From positions 384,001-448,000 of the forward strand of contig CAWCUS010000004.1 in the NCBI GenBank assembly GCA_963798845.1: a stretch of 64,000 nucleotides of DNA. The letters run 5' to 3'. The notes under the pieces are model-generated. The model saw only the letters and a list, made by a program, of their open reading frames with translations, made no database searches and was not told where the DNA came from. Numbering within the stretch: position 1 is the first letter of the stretch; every line of letters begins with the position of its first letter. Of this stretch, positions 28,951 to 36,469 are shown in pieces. The stretch is from an uncultured Gemmatimonadales bacterium (GTDB taxonomy: Bacteria; Gemmatimonadota; Gemmatimonadetes; Longimicrobiales; RSA9). The position numbers and the translations under genes are program-made.

Positions 28951-29859
28951 ATGCGTCGCAGTGCCGGTCTCGTACTCGCCCTCGTCCTGCACGTCGCCCC
29001 CGGCAGGGCGGCACCGGCCGCCGCGCAGGCCTCCTGGTGCTTCACCGGGTTCCACCCGGGGGAATCGGGGCGGACCGTGTTCCTGCCGCAGGGCGACCTG
29101 TTCTGTCCTCTGGCGGCCGATCCGAAGCAGCCCCATGCGTTCGTCAGCTTCCTGAGCGGGGACATCCCGGCGCTCCGTGACGGAGCCGGGCCGAAGAACG
29201 ACATCCCGATCGGATCGGTGGGGCTCGCGGACGGACTGCCCATCGTCCGCTTCGGCGCCGGAGGGCCGGGGAACGGGATCCAGCTGGGCCTGAGCGGGGG
29301 CATCTTCGCGCAGTTCGAGCTGAACACGCCGTCGTTCGACCTGATCAACGCAGACTACCTGGTGGGGCTGCCGTTGACGGTGCGGGTGGGCGGGTTCTCC
29401 TCCCGGCTGCGTCTCTACCATCAGAGCTCGCACCTGGGCGACGAATTCCTGCTGCGGGACAGCGTCCAGCGGGAGAACCTGTCGTTCGAGGCGCTCGAGC
29501 TCCTGCTGTCACAGGAGGTCGGCCCGATCCGAGCGTATGGAGGGGGGGAGTATCTCCTGCGCCGTGAGCCCGCGGCGCTGGAGCGCAGGGTGGCGCACGG
29601 CGGGCTGGAGGTCCGGGCCGGCCGCCTGCGCGGCGTCCGGTTCGTCGGCGCCGTGGATGTGAAGGCTACCGGGCAGCACGACTGGGAACCCGGCTGGAAC
29701 GTCCGGGCCGGGATCGAGGTGGCCCACTGGCCGGACCCTGCCCATCCACCTCGCCTCCTGAGCCTGCTCGGTGAGTACTACGACGGCCCGTCGCCGTATG
29801 GGCAGTTCTACCAGGAACAGGTGCACTGGGTCGGGGTCGGGCTCCACGTCGGCATCTGA
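28951..29859 (+). CDS. DUF1207 family outer-membrane protein
   Basis: Signal peptide. 'LFCPLAADPKQP', 'DLINADYLVG', 'RLYHQSSHLGDEF', 'YYDGPSPYGQF' and a terminal beta strand. Confidence 0.8.
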   Translation: MRRSAGLVLALVLHVAPGRAAPAAAQASWCFTGFHPGESGRTVFLPQGDLFCPLAADPKQPHAFVSFLSGDIPALRDGAGPKNDIPIGSVGLADGLPIVRFGAGGPGNGIQLGLSGGIFAQFELNTPSFDLINADYLVGLPLTVRVGGFSSRLRLYHQSSHLGDEFLLRDSVQRENLSFEALELLLSQEVGPIRAYGGGEYLLRREPAALERRVAHGGLEVRAGRLRGVRFVGAVDVKATGQHDWEPGWNVRAGIEVAHWPDPAHPPRLLSLLGEYYDGPSPYGQFYQEQVHWVGVGLHVGI

Positions 29860-29873
29860 GCGCCGGGTGGCGA

Positions 29874-29890
29874 TTCACGAAATTCGCACA
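29874..29890 (+). promoter_or_regulatory. Candidate OmpR-type direct-repeat box upstream of the sensor kinase
   Basis: TTCACGAAATTCGCACA matches TTCAC-N5-TCGCACA, also present at 32400. Confidence 0.55.
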
Positions 29891-29931
29891 CTTTCTCCCT
29901 TCACTGCCGACGCTCCGCTCTGCATCATGAG

Positions 29932-31710
29932 GTGATGCGGATTCACCAGACGCTCGCCCTGATGACGCGCTCGCTCTCGCGCAGAGGCGTCCTCGCCGCG
30001 CGGCTCCCGGCGCTCCTGGTACTGGCGGTCCTGGCCGTCACCGGCACCACCGTGTGGGAGGCAGCGCGGGCGGCGCACGCGGAGCGGACCACGGCGGACG
30101 AGACGCTGCGCGACTATGCTTCCTTCGCGGTCTGGGCGCTCCGGCGGGGGGCGCAGCAGGAAGTGGAGCAGGCGTTCTGGGCGGTCCTGGCCCCGGAGCA
30201 CATGGGCGGAGGAATCCATCAGCGTCCGCCAGTGCCGCGGGCCGTGGACGTGGCCCACGAGCTCCACTGGGACACCGAGTGCCTGTGTCACCCCGTGGAA
30301 TGGGCGCCCAGCGCACTGCTGGCGTTCACGCTCGGCCGTGACTCGTTGCAGGTTGCGCCGAACCTGTACACGGGGCCGCGCCCCGGGATCGTGGTGGACG
30401 AGGTCGTGCCCGGGCAGACCCGCCTCCTGGCCCGCGCGGAAGCGCTCGCGCGGGCGCTGCCGCCGGGGGAGGGCCCGGCACTGATGGCGGCGCTGGCGCG
30501 GGATGCGCGGAGCACGTACCGGGAGGGGTGGGGTCTGGGCGTCCTGGTGCGTGACACGCGCGAGGGACCGGCGCTGGTGGGGTACACCCTGATGCCCACG
30601 GCGTGGGGTGACACCCTGCTGTACGCGGCCACTCTCGATGCCGGCACGACCCGGGCGCTGCTCGCCGACGTCGCCCGGTCCGAGGACCTCCTGCCGGGGG
30701 CGTTGGTCTCGCGGTCGCCGGAAAGGGTGGTGGTGGCGGCCTCGGTCACGGGTCCGCGCGGCGAGCCGCTGTTCTCCACCGATCCCGCGCCCTCCGGGCG
30801 GTGGCTGGGCGAGAGCCGGCTGCCAGCGTTCGCCGGCGGGCTGGTCGTGCGAGCGGGCATCCCCGCGGCGGCGGCCGGCGACCTCCTCATCGGCGGCCTC
30901 CCCTCATCGCGGCTGCCGCTCCTCGTGGCGCTGCTCCTCCTGACCGTGATCCTGACGACCACGGCCGCCGCGCAGATGCGCCGCTCCGCACAGCTGGCGC
31001 GGGCACGCTCGGACTTCGTCGCGAGCGTCTCGCACGAGCTACGCACGCCGCTGGCGCAGGTGCGGCTGTATCTGGAGACGCTGCGGCTCGGCCGGTTCCG
31101 CACCGAGGAGCAGCGCGAGCGGGCGCTTGAAACCGTGGACCGGGAAACCGCGCGGCTCGGGGCACTGGTTGAGAACGTACTCTACTTCGACCGCGCGACC
31201 CGGAACGCCCGGCGGCCGGAGCCCGTGGCCACGGACATCGGCGAGGAGGCGCGCGCGGCAGCGGCGGCGTTCGAGCCGCTCGCCCGTGCCCGCTCGATGG
31301 GCGTGACGGTCGAGGCGGAGCCCGGCGCGACAGCCCGGGTGGCCCGGGCGGAGCTCCGCCAGGTGCTGGGAAACCTCCTGGACAACGCCGCGAAGTACGG
31401 CCCGGAGGGCCAGACCATCCGGGTGGCCGTGCGCCGGCGGGACGGCGTCGTGGAAGTGACGGTGAGCGATCGTGGGCCGGGAGTTCCCCCGTCCGAGCGC
31501 AGGACGATCTGGCAGCCATTCCGCCGGGGCGCCGCCGGGGCGGACAGGGTGCCGGGAAGCGGAATCGGCCTGGCCGTGGCGAAAGACCTCGTGGAGCGGC
31601 ACGGCGGTGCTGTCGCGGTGGCCGACGCGCCCGGAGGCGGTGCGCGCTTCGTCGTCACCCTGCCGGCGCTGTCGGCTCCCGTTGCCGAGCCGGGGGAGTC
31701 GGGTCCGTGA
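29932..31710 (+). CDS. Sensor histidine kinase (start may be 29962)
   Basis: Two TM helices. 'FVASVSHELRTPL', 'NLLDNAAKYG', 'DRGPGV', 'GSGIGLAV'. Confidence 0.92.
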   Translation: MMRIHQTLALMTRSLSRRGVLAARLPALLVLAVLAVTGTTVWEAARAAHAERTTADETLRDYASFAVWALRRGAQQEVEQAFWAVLAPEHMGGGIHQRPPVPRAVDVAHELHWDTECLCHPVEWAPSALLAFTLGRDSLQVAPNLYTGPRPGIVVDEVVPGQTRLLARAEALARALPPGEGPALMAALARDARSTYREGWGLGVLVRDTREGPALVGYTLMPTAWGDTLLYAATLDAGTTRALLADVARSEDLLPGALVSRSPERVVVAASVTGPRGEPLFSTDPAPSGRWLGESRLPAFAGGLVVRAGIPAAAAGDLLIGGLPSSRLPLLVALLLLTVILTTTAAAQMRRSAQLARARSDFVASVSHELRTPLAQVRLYLETLRLGRFRTEEQRERALETVDRETARLGALVENVLYFDRATRNARRPEPVATDIGEEARAAAAAFEPLARARSMGVTVEAEPGATARVARAELRQVLGNLLDNAAKYGPEGQTIRVAVRRRDGVVEVTVSDRGPGVPPSERRTIWQPFRRGAAGADRVPGSGIGLAVAKDLVERHGGAVAVADAPGGGARFVVTLPALSAPVAEPGESGP

Positions 31711-32387
31711 GCGCGCGCATCCTGGTGGTCGAGGACAACGACGACCTCGCCGACGGGCTGGTCTACAACCTGGAGCTGGAGGGGTACGAGGTGGCCCGCG
31801 CCGCGGACGGGGAAGCCGCGCTGGAATCGGCCAGGCGGGCGTCGCCGGACCTGGTGATCCTGGATCTGATGCTCCCGGGCATGGACGGCTTCCAGGTCCT
31901 GCGAACGCTTCGCGCGGAAGGGCTGGATGCGCCCGTGCTCATCCTGTCGGCGAGGGGGGAGGAGTCGGACAAGGTGCAGGGCTTCCGGCTGCGCGCCGAC
32001 CAGTACGTGACGAAGCCGTTCCGCCTCCTCGAGCTGCTCTCCCGGGTGGAGTCGCTCCTGGACCGGCGCCGGGGGCCGGAGCCGGACGCCGTGATCGAGT
32101 TCGGCGACGTGGTGGTGGACACCGCGGCGCGCGCGGTGACCCGTGACGGGGAGCCGATCTCGCTCACGCCCAGGGCCTACGACCTCATGCTCGCACTTGT
32201 CCGGCGCGAAGGCGCGGTCGCGTCCCGGGTGGAGCTGCTGAAGGAGGTCTGGGGGCACCGCGGCCGCGTCCTCACCCGGACCGTGGACTCCCACATGGCG
32301 GAGCTACGGCGGAAGCTCGAGCCGGAACGCGCGGAGCCCCGCCATTTCCTGACCGTGTGGAAGGTGGGTTACCGCTTCCAGCGCTGA
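31707..32387 (+). CDS. OmpR/PhoB-family response regulator
   Basis: 'ILVVEDN', 'ILDLMLPGMDG', 'YVTKPF', winged helix 'TRTVDSHMAELRRKLE...TVWKVGYRF'. Confidence 0.95.
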   Translation: MSARILVVEDNDDLADGLVYNLELEGYEVARAADGEAALESARRASPDLVILDLMLPGMDGFQVLRTLRAEGLDAPVLILSARGEESDKVQGFRLRADQYVTKPFRLLELLSRVESLLDRRRGPEPDAVIEFGDVVVDTAARAVTRDGEPISLTPRAYDLMLALVRREGAVASRVELLKEVWGHRGRVLTRTVDSHMAELRRKLEPERAEPRHFLTVWKVGYRFQR

Positions 32388-32399
32388 GGCGAGCGACGC

Positions 32400-32416
32400 T
32401 TCACACATCTCGCACA
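32400..32416 (+). promoter_or_regulatory. Candidate OmpR-type direct-repeat box upstream of the sulfurtransferase operon
   Basis: TTCACACATCTCGCACA, identical to the 29874 box at the 12 flanking positions. Confidence 0.55.
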
Positions 32417-32497
32417 AGAGCGGAACGCATCGGTCACCCGCCGCGGTCCGCGACGTGGCATCGTTGATCATCGACCCCCAAACGCTGGAGGCTCTGC

Positions 32498-33499
32498 ATG
32501 ATCTCCCCGAGTCGCCTCGGGTCCCTCGCCCCATGGGCCCGTCTCGCCTGTGTCACGGTCTCGCTCGGCATGCTGGCGGGCGCCGCGCCTCCGCCGCACG
32601 CGGCCGCTTCGGCCGAGGCGGTCGCGCCGGATGCCCAGCGAGCGCTGCCCCTGCTGGTGGATGCCGACTGGCTCGCCTCCCACCTGCTGGACCCGGACCT
32701 CGTGCTGCTGCACGTCGGGAAGCGGGAAGGGTACGACGGCGGGCACATCCCGGGCGCCCGCTTCATCGAGCTCGCCGACATCTCCACGCCTCACCAAATG
32801 GACGACGGCTCGCTCATGCTCGAGCTGCCGCCGCCCGCGCAGCTCCGTGCGACGCTGGAGCGGCTCGGCGTATCGGATGACAGCCGGATCGTCGTCTACT
32901 GGGGCGAGGACTGGGTCTCGCCCGCCACGCGCGTGCTCTTCACCCTCGACTACCTGGGCCTCGGCGGCCGGAGCGCGTTGCTGAACGGCGGGATGCCCGC
33001 GTGGCGCAGAGCCGGAAATGCGGTTACGGCCGAGGCGGCGCCCATCCGGACCGGGAAACTGCGCGCGCGCCCCGTGCGCGACGTGGTGGCCACGCTCGCG
33101 GACGTGCGGGCGCTCTCCGGGAACGGGCGTTCGGCCCCGTCATCGTCCAGCAACGGAGCCCGGCTCCTGGACGCCAGGGCGGCCGTGTTCTACGAGGGAG
33201 TGGAGGAGGGGAATGGCCGCCGAGGGCACATCCCCGGCGCCGCGAGCCTCCCGTTCACGGACGTGGTGGATGACCAGCTCATGTTCCGCCCCGAGGCGCT
33301 GGCGCGGAGGTTCCGTGCGGCGGGCGTGGTTCCAGGGGACACCGTGGTCGCCTACTGCCACATCGGGCAGCAGGCCACCGCGGTGGTGTTCGCGGCGCGC
33401 GTGCTGGGCATCGGAGCGAAGCTGTTCGATGGCTCCATGCAGGACTGGGCTCGCCACGCCGAGGATCCGGTGGAGGCGGGGGCGGGGAGGACGCCGTGA
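32498..33499 (+). CDS. Tandem-domain rhodanese/sulfurtransferase (SseA-like) with signal peptide
   Basis: 'LVDADWLASHL', 'GHIPGARF', 'LLDARAAVFYEG', 'GHIPGAASLP', active-site 'YCHIGQQA', 'FDGSMQDW'. Confidence 0.9.
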   Translation: MISPSRLGSLAPWARLACVTVSLGMLAGAAPPPHAAASAEAVAPDAQRALPLLVDADWLASHLLDPDLVLLHVGKREGYDGGHIPGARFIELADISTPHQMDDGSLMLELPPPAQLRATLERLGVSDDSRIVVYWGEDWVSPATRVLFTLDYLGLGGRSALLNGGMPAWRRAGNAVTAEAAPIRTGKLRARPVRDVVATLADVRALSGNGRSAPSSSSNGARLLDARAAVFYEGVEEGNGRRGHIPGAASLPFTDVVDDQLMFRPEALARRFRAAGVVPGDTVVAYCHIGQQATAVVFAARVLGIGAKLFDGSMQDWARHAEDPVEAGAGRTP

Positions 33500-34014
33500 C
33501 GCGCGGCCGACCGTACCTGGACCCGTACGTCGCGGGGGTCGGCATCGGGCTGGTGCTGCTCGCGGCGTACGTGGTAGCCGGCCGAGGGCTCGGAGCGTCC
33601 GGCGCCTTCGCGAGCGTGGTGGCCTCGGGCGCGGCGGCGGTGGCCGGGAAGGGAGCCGCCGCCCACCCGGCGCTGGCGCCCTACCTCGACCGGGGGGTGG
33701 CGAGTCCGCTCCACGACTGGCTCGTGTTCGAGCTGGTGGGCGTGACTGTGGGCGGGTTCGCCTCGGCGCTCCTTGCCGGCCGCTTCCGGCTCGCGGTGGA
33801 GCGCGGCCCGCGCATCACGGCGCGAGCCCGCCTCGCGACGGCGCTGGCCGGCGGCGCGATCATGGGCTTCGGGGCCAAGCTGGCCCGCGGCTGCACCAGC
33901 GGGCAGGCGCTCACGGGCGGCGCTCTGCTCAGCGTCGGCGGCTGGATCTTCATTGCGGCCACCTTCGCCGCCGGCTACCTGACGGCGCCGCTGGCACGGC
34001 GGGTGTGGCGGTGA
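33496..34014 (+). CDS. YeeE/YedE (sulfur/thiosulfate transporter) family protein, half-size
   Basis: 'YLDPYVAGVGIG', 'GLGASG', 'GGAIMGFGAKLARGCTSGQALTGG'. Confidence 0.9.
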   Translation: MTRGRPYLDPYVAGVGIGLVLLAAYVVAGRGLGASGAFASVVASGAAAVAGKGAAAHPALAPYLDRGVASPLHDWLVFELVGVTVGGFASALLAGRFRLAVERGPRITARARLATALAGGAIMGFGAKLARGCTSGQALTGGALLSVGGWIFIAATFAAGYLTAPLARRVWR

Positions 34015-34598
34015 CTGCTCCGCTCCTTCCCGACGGAGGCAGCGGACTCGCTTCGGCGCTGGCTCTCGGGGTGGCGTTCGGGTTCTTCCTGGAGCGCGCC
34101 GGCCTCGGCAACGCCCGGAAGCTGGCGGCGCAGTTCCACTTCACGGACCTGACGGTGTTCAAGGTCCTGTTCACGGCCGTGGTCGCTGCCATGCTCGGGG
34201 CGTTCTGGCTCGGGCGCATCGGCGTGCTGGACCTGGGCGCCGTTTACGTCCCGGAGACGTGGCTCCTCCCGCAGCTCGCGGGCGGCGCCGTCTTCGGCGC
34301 CGGCTTCGCCATCGCCGGGCTGTGCCCGGGCACCTCCTGCATCGCGTCCGCGTCCGGACGCCTGGACGGCGTGGCCGCCATGGCCGGGATGTTCGTGGGG
34401 ATCGCCGTCTTCGACGCCGCCTTCCCGGCGATCCGCCCCTTCTATGACGCAACCCCGCGCGGGACGCTCACCATTCCCGGGCTCCTGGGGCTGGATACCG
34501 GTGTGGTCGCCCTCTTCGTCGTTGCCGTCGCCCTGGCCGCCTTCCTTGCAGCGGAGCGGATCGAGCGGAGCCACGGTGCCGGACCGGTGGAGCCGTGA
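34011..34598 (+). CDS. YeeE/YedE family protein, second half-size subunit
   Basis: GTG at 34011 overlaps the upstream stop. 'GVAFGFFLERAG', 'DLTVFKVLFTA', 'GGAVFGAGFAIAGLCPGT'. Confidence 0.9.
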   Translation: MTAPLLPDGGSGLASALALGVAFGFFLERAGLGNARKLAAQFHFTDLTVFKVLFTAVVAAMLGAFWLGRIGVLDLGAVYVPETWLLPQLAGGAVFGAGFAIAGLCPGTSCIASASGRLDGVAAMAGMFVGIAVFDAAFPAIRPFYDATPRGTLTIPGLLGLDTGVVALFVVAVALAAFLAAERIERSHGAGPVEP

Positions 34599-35281
34599 GC
34601 GCGTCGCGCACCATGCGCGCGCGGCGGGCCCTGGCGCTCACCGCGGTCGTGCTCGGGGCCGGGGCTGCCATGGTGCGGAACCCCCGCCCGCCCGCGCGCG
34701 TCGACGTCCTGGCGCTGGCCGAGACGATCGGCGCGGAGCGAGACCACGTCTCCGCTCCCACGCTCGCCCGGTGGATCCGGGACGGCCGTCACGGCCTCAT
34801 CGTTCTCGACCTCCGGCCTCCGGCCGATTACGAAGCGCTCCACATCCCGGGTGCGGAGTCGGTGACGCTCCGGGAGCTGGCGACCCGCAGGCTGCCGAAG
34901 GATGCACCCATCGTCCTGTACTCGGAGGGCGGCGCGCACGCGGGGCAGGGTTGGGTTCTGCTCAGGGCCCGGGGGTACCGGCGCGTCTGGTTCCTCCGCG
35001 AGGGCGTTTACGAATGGGTCTCGCGCGTCCTCGAGCCCCGCCTCGCCGTCAATGCCACCCCGGCGGAAGAGGCCGCGTTCGCGGCGATCGCCTCCGTCAG
35101 CCGGTACTTCGGCGGAGTCCCGCGCCGTGGGGTGCCCCGCGCGGAGGTCCCGACCGGCTACTGGTCCGAAGCCGGCAGCGCGGGCGAGGCCGATGTCGAT
35201 TCTCCGAAAACCGTCGACGCCACGGCGGGCCGCGCCGGCGTCCATCGTGAGTCACACCGGATCCGCCGTCGCGGCTGTTGA
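34595..35281 (+). CDS. Rhodanese-like domain protein lacking the loop Cys, with C-terminal RRRGC tail
   Basis: N-terminal hydrophobic anchor. 'VLDLRPPADYEALHIPGA', loop 'VLYSEGGAHA', 'LREGVYEW'. The only Cys is the last residue. Confidence 0.8.
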   Translation: MSASRTMRARRALALTAVVLGAGAAMVRNPRPPARVDVLALAETIGAERDHVSAPTLARWIRDGRHGLIVLDLRPPADYEALHIPGAESVTLRELATRRLPKDAPIVLYSEGGAHAGQGWVLLRARGYRRVWFLREGVYEWVSRVLEPRLAVNATPAEEAAFAAIASVSRYFGGVPRRGVPRAEVPTGYWSEAGSAGEADVDSPKTVDATAGRAGVHRESHRIRRRGC

Positions 35282-35453
35282 GGGGCGCCACGTGAGCGTC
35301 CGGCCCGGCGGGCGTCCGGCCCCGCGACGAGGGTCAGAGCGGGCACGAGGGTGCAGCCTGGAGCGTTGGAGACCCGCCGCGCCACTTGCCGAGCCGACCT
35401 CCGGCGCGCATGAGTAGATGGTCCGCCTGCCCACACTCTCCCGGAGACCGCTC

Positions 35454-36002
35454 ATGAACAGACTTCGCTTCTGCGGCATCGCCGCGCTGCTGATCCCCGG
35501 AATGCTCGTCGCCCAGCAGCCCGCTCCGTCCGGAGCCAATCCCACGACCGAGGCCGCGCAGCAGATGAGCGCCCGCTTCGGCGGCCTGCTCACGAGCGCC
35601 GCCGACGAAGTGCCGGCCGACAAGCTGTCGTACAAGCCCACCGACGCGCAGCGGACGTTCGGCCAGGTCTGGGCGCACCTCGCGGAGGCGAACCGCACCA
35701 TCTGCAGCGCCATCGGCGGAATGAGCGCCCCCGACACTCCGCACCGCGAGGGAACGGAGCCGAAGGACACGCTCGTCAGCGAGCTGAAAGCCTCCTTCAC
35801 CTTCTGTGACCGGGCGCTCGCCGCCACCGACGACAGCAAGCTCGCCGAGCAGGTCGACCTGGGCTTCATGAAGGCGACGCGGGCGATGGCCATGTTCATC
35901 TACGTCGATGACCTCGCGGACCACTACAGCCAGGTGGCGACCTACATGCGACTCAACGACATGCTCCCGCCAAGCGCGAGACGCACCGGCGGCCCGGAGT
36001 AG
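35454..36002 (+). CDS. DinB family protein, exported
   Basis: Signal peptide. 'SAADEVPADKLSYKPT..RTFGQVWAHLA' and 'DHYSQVATYMRLNDMLPPS'. Confidence 0.85.
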   Translation: MNRLRFCGIAALLIPGMLVAQQPAPSGANPTTEAAQQMSARFGGLLTSAADEVPADKLSYKPTDAQRTFGQVWAHLAEANRTICSAIGGMSAPDTPHREGTEPKDTLVSELKASFTFCDRALAATDDSKLAEQVDLGFMKATRAMAMFIYVDDLADHYSQVATYMRLNDMLPPSARRTGGPE

Positions 36003-36083
36003 GCGGGGGGCTTCCCCGCTCCGGCGCGGCAAGGGCTCAGCGCGCGCCCGACCGCTCGGCAGCTCGAGCGGGAGGGCGCGCGC

Positions 36084-36135
36084 TTGCCAGTTCGGCCCCC
36101 TATAGATATCATTTCATATCTATCGATTCCGATAT
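36084..36135 (+). promoter_or_regulatory. Sigma70 promoter overlapped by PadR operator dyads
   Basis: TTGCCA (36084)-N17-TATCAT (36107). Dyads ATAGATAT-N6-ATATCTAT (36102-36123) and TATCG-N4-CGATA (36121-36134). Confidence 0.75.
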
Positions 36136-36151
36136 CGAGCCTGGAGCGCCC

Positions 36152-36469
36152 ATGGACATCAAGAGCTTCCACATCCTGGTCGTGCTGGCGGGGGGACCGC
36201 TGCACGGATACGGGATCCGCCGGGAGGTGGAGACGTGGACGGAGGGGGAAGTGCGGCTGTGGCCGGCGACGCTGTACGGGACGCTGTCGGAGCTGGAAAA
36301 GGAGGGTTGGATCGAGGAGACGGCGTCGCCGGGAGGGGCGGATGACGACGCGCGCCGGAAGTACTACAGGCTGACGGCGGCGGGCCGGAGCGCGCTGAGC
36401 GCGGAGGCGGCGCGGCTGGAGGGACTGGCGCGGCTTGCGCGGTCGCGTCTCGTGGCGGAGGCGGGGTGA
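36152..36469 (+). CDS. PadR family transcriptional regulator
   Basis: 'ILVVLAGGPLHGYGI...ATLYGTLSELEKEGWI...RRKYYRLTAAGR'. Confidence 0.95.
   Translation: MDIKSFHILVVLAGGPLHGYGIRREVETWTEGEVRLWPATLYGTLSELEKEGWIEETASPGGADDDARRKYYRLTAAGRSALSAEAARLEGLARLARSRLVAEAG

Noticed and set aside
35273..35330. Selenocysteine readthrough at Gly-Cys-TGA of the last rhodanese
   Set aside because: No convincing SECIS. The downstream frame is low-complexity Arg/Ala/Pro and a terminal GC is plausible as it stands.
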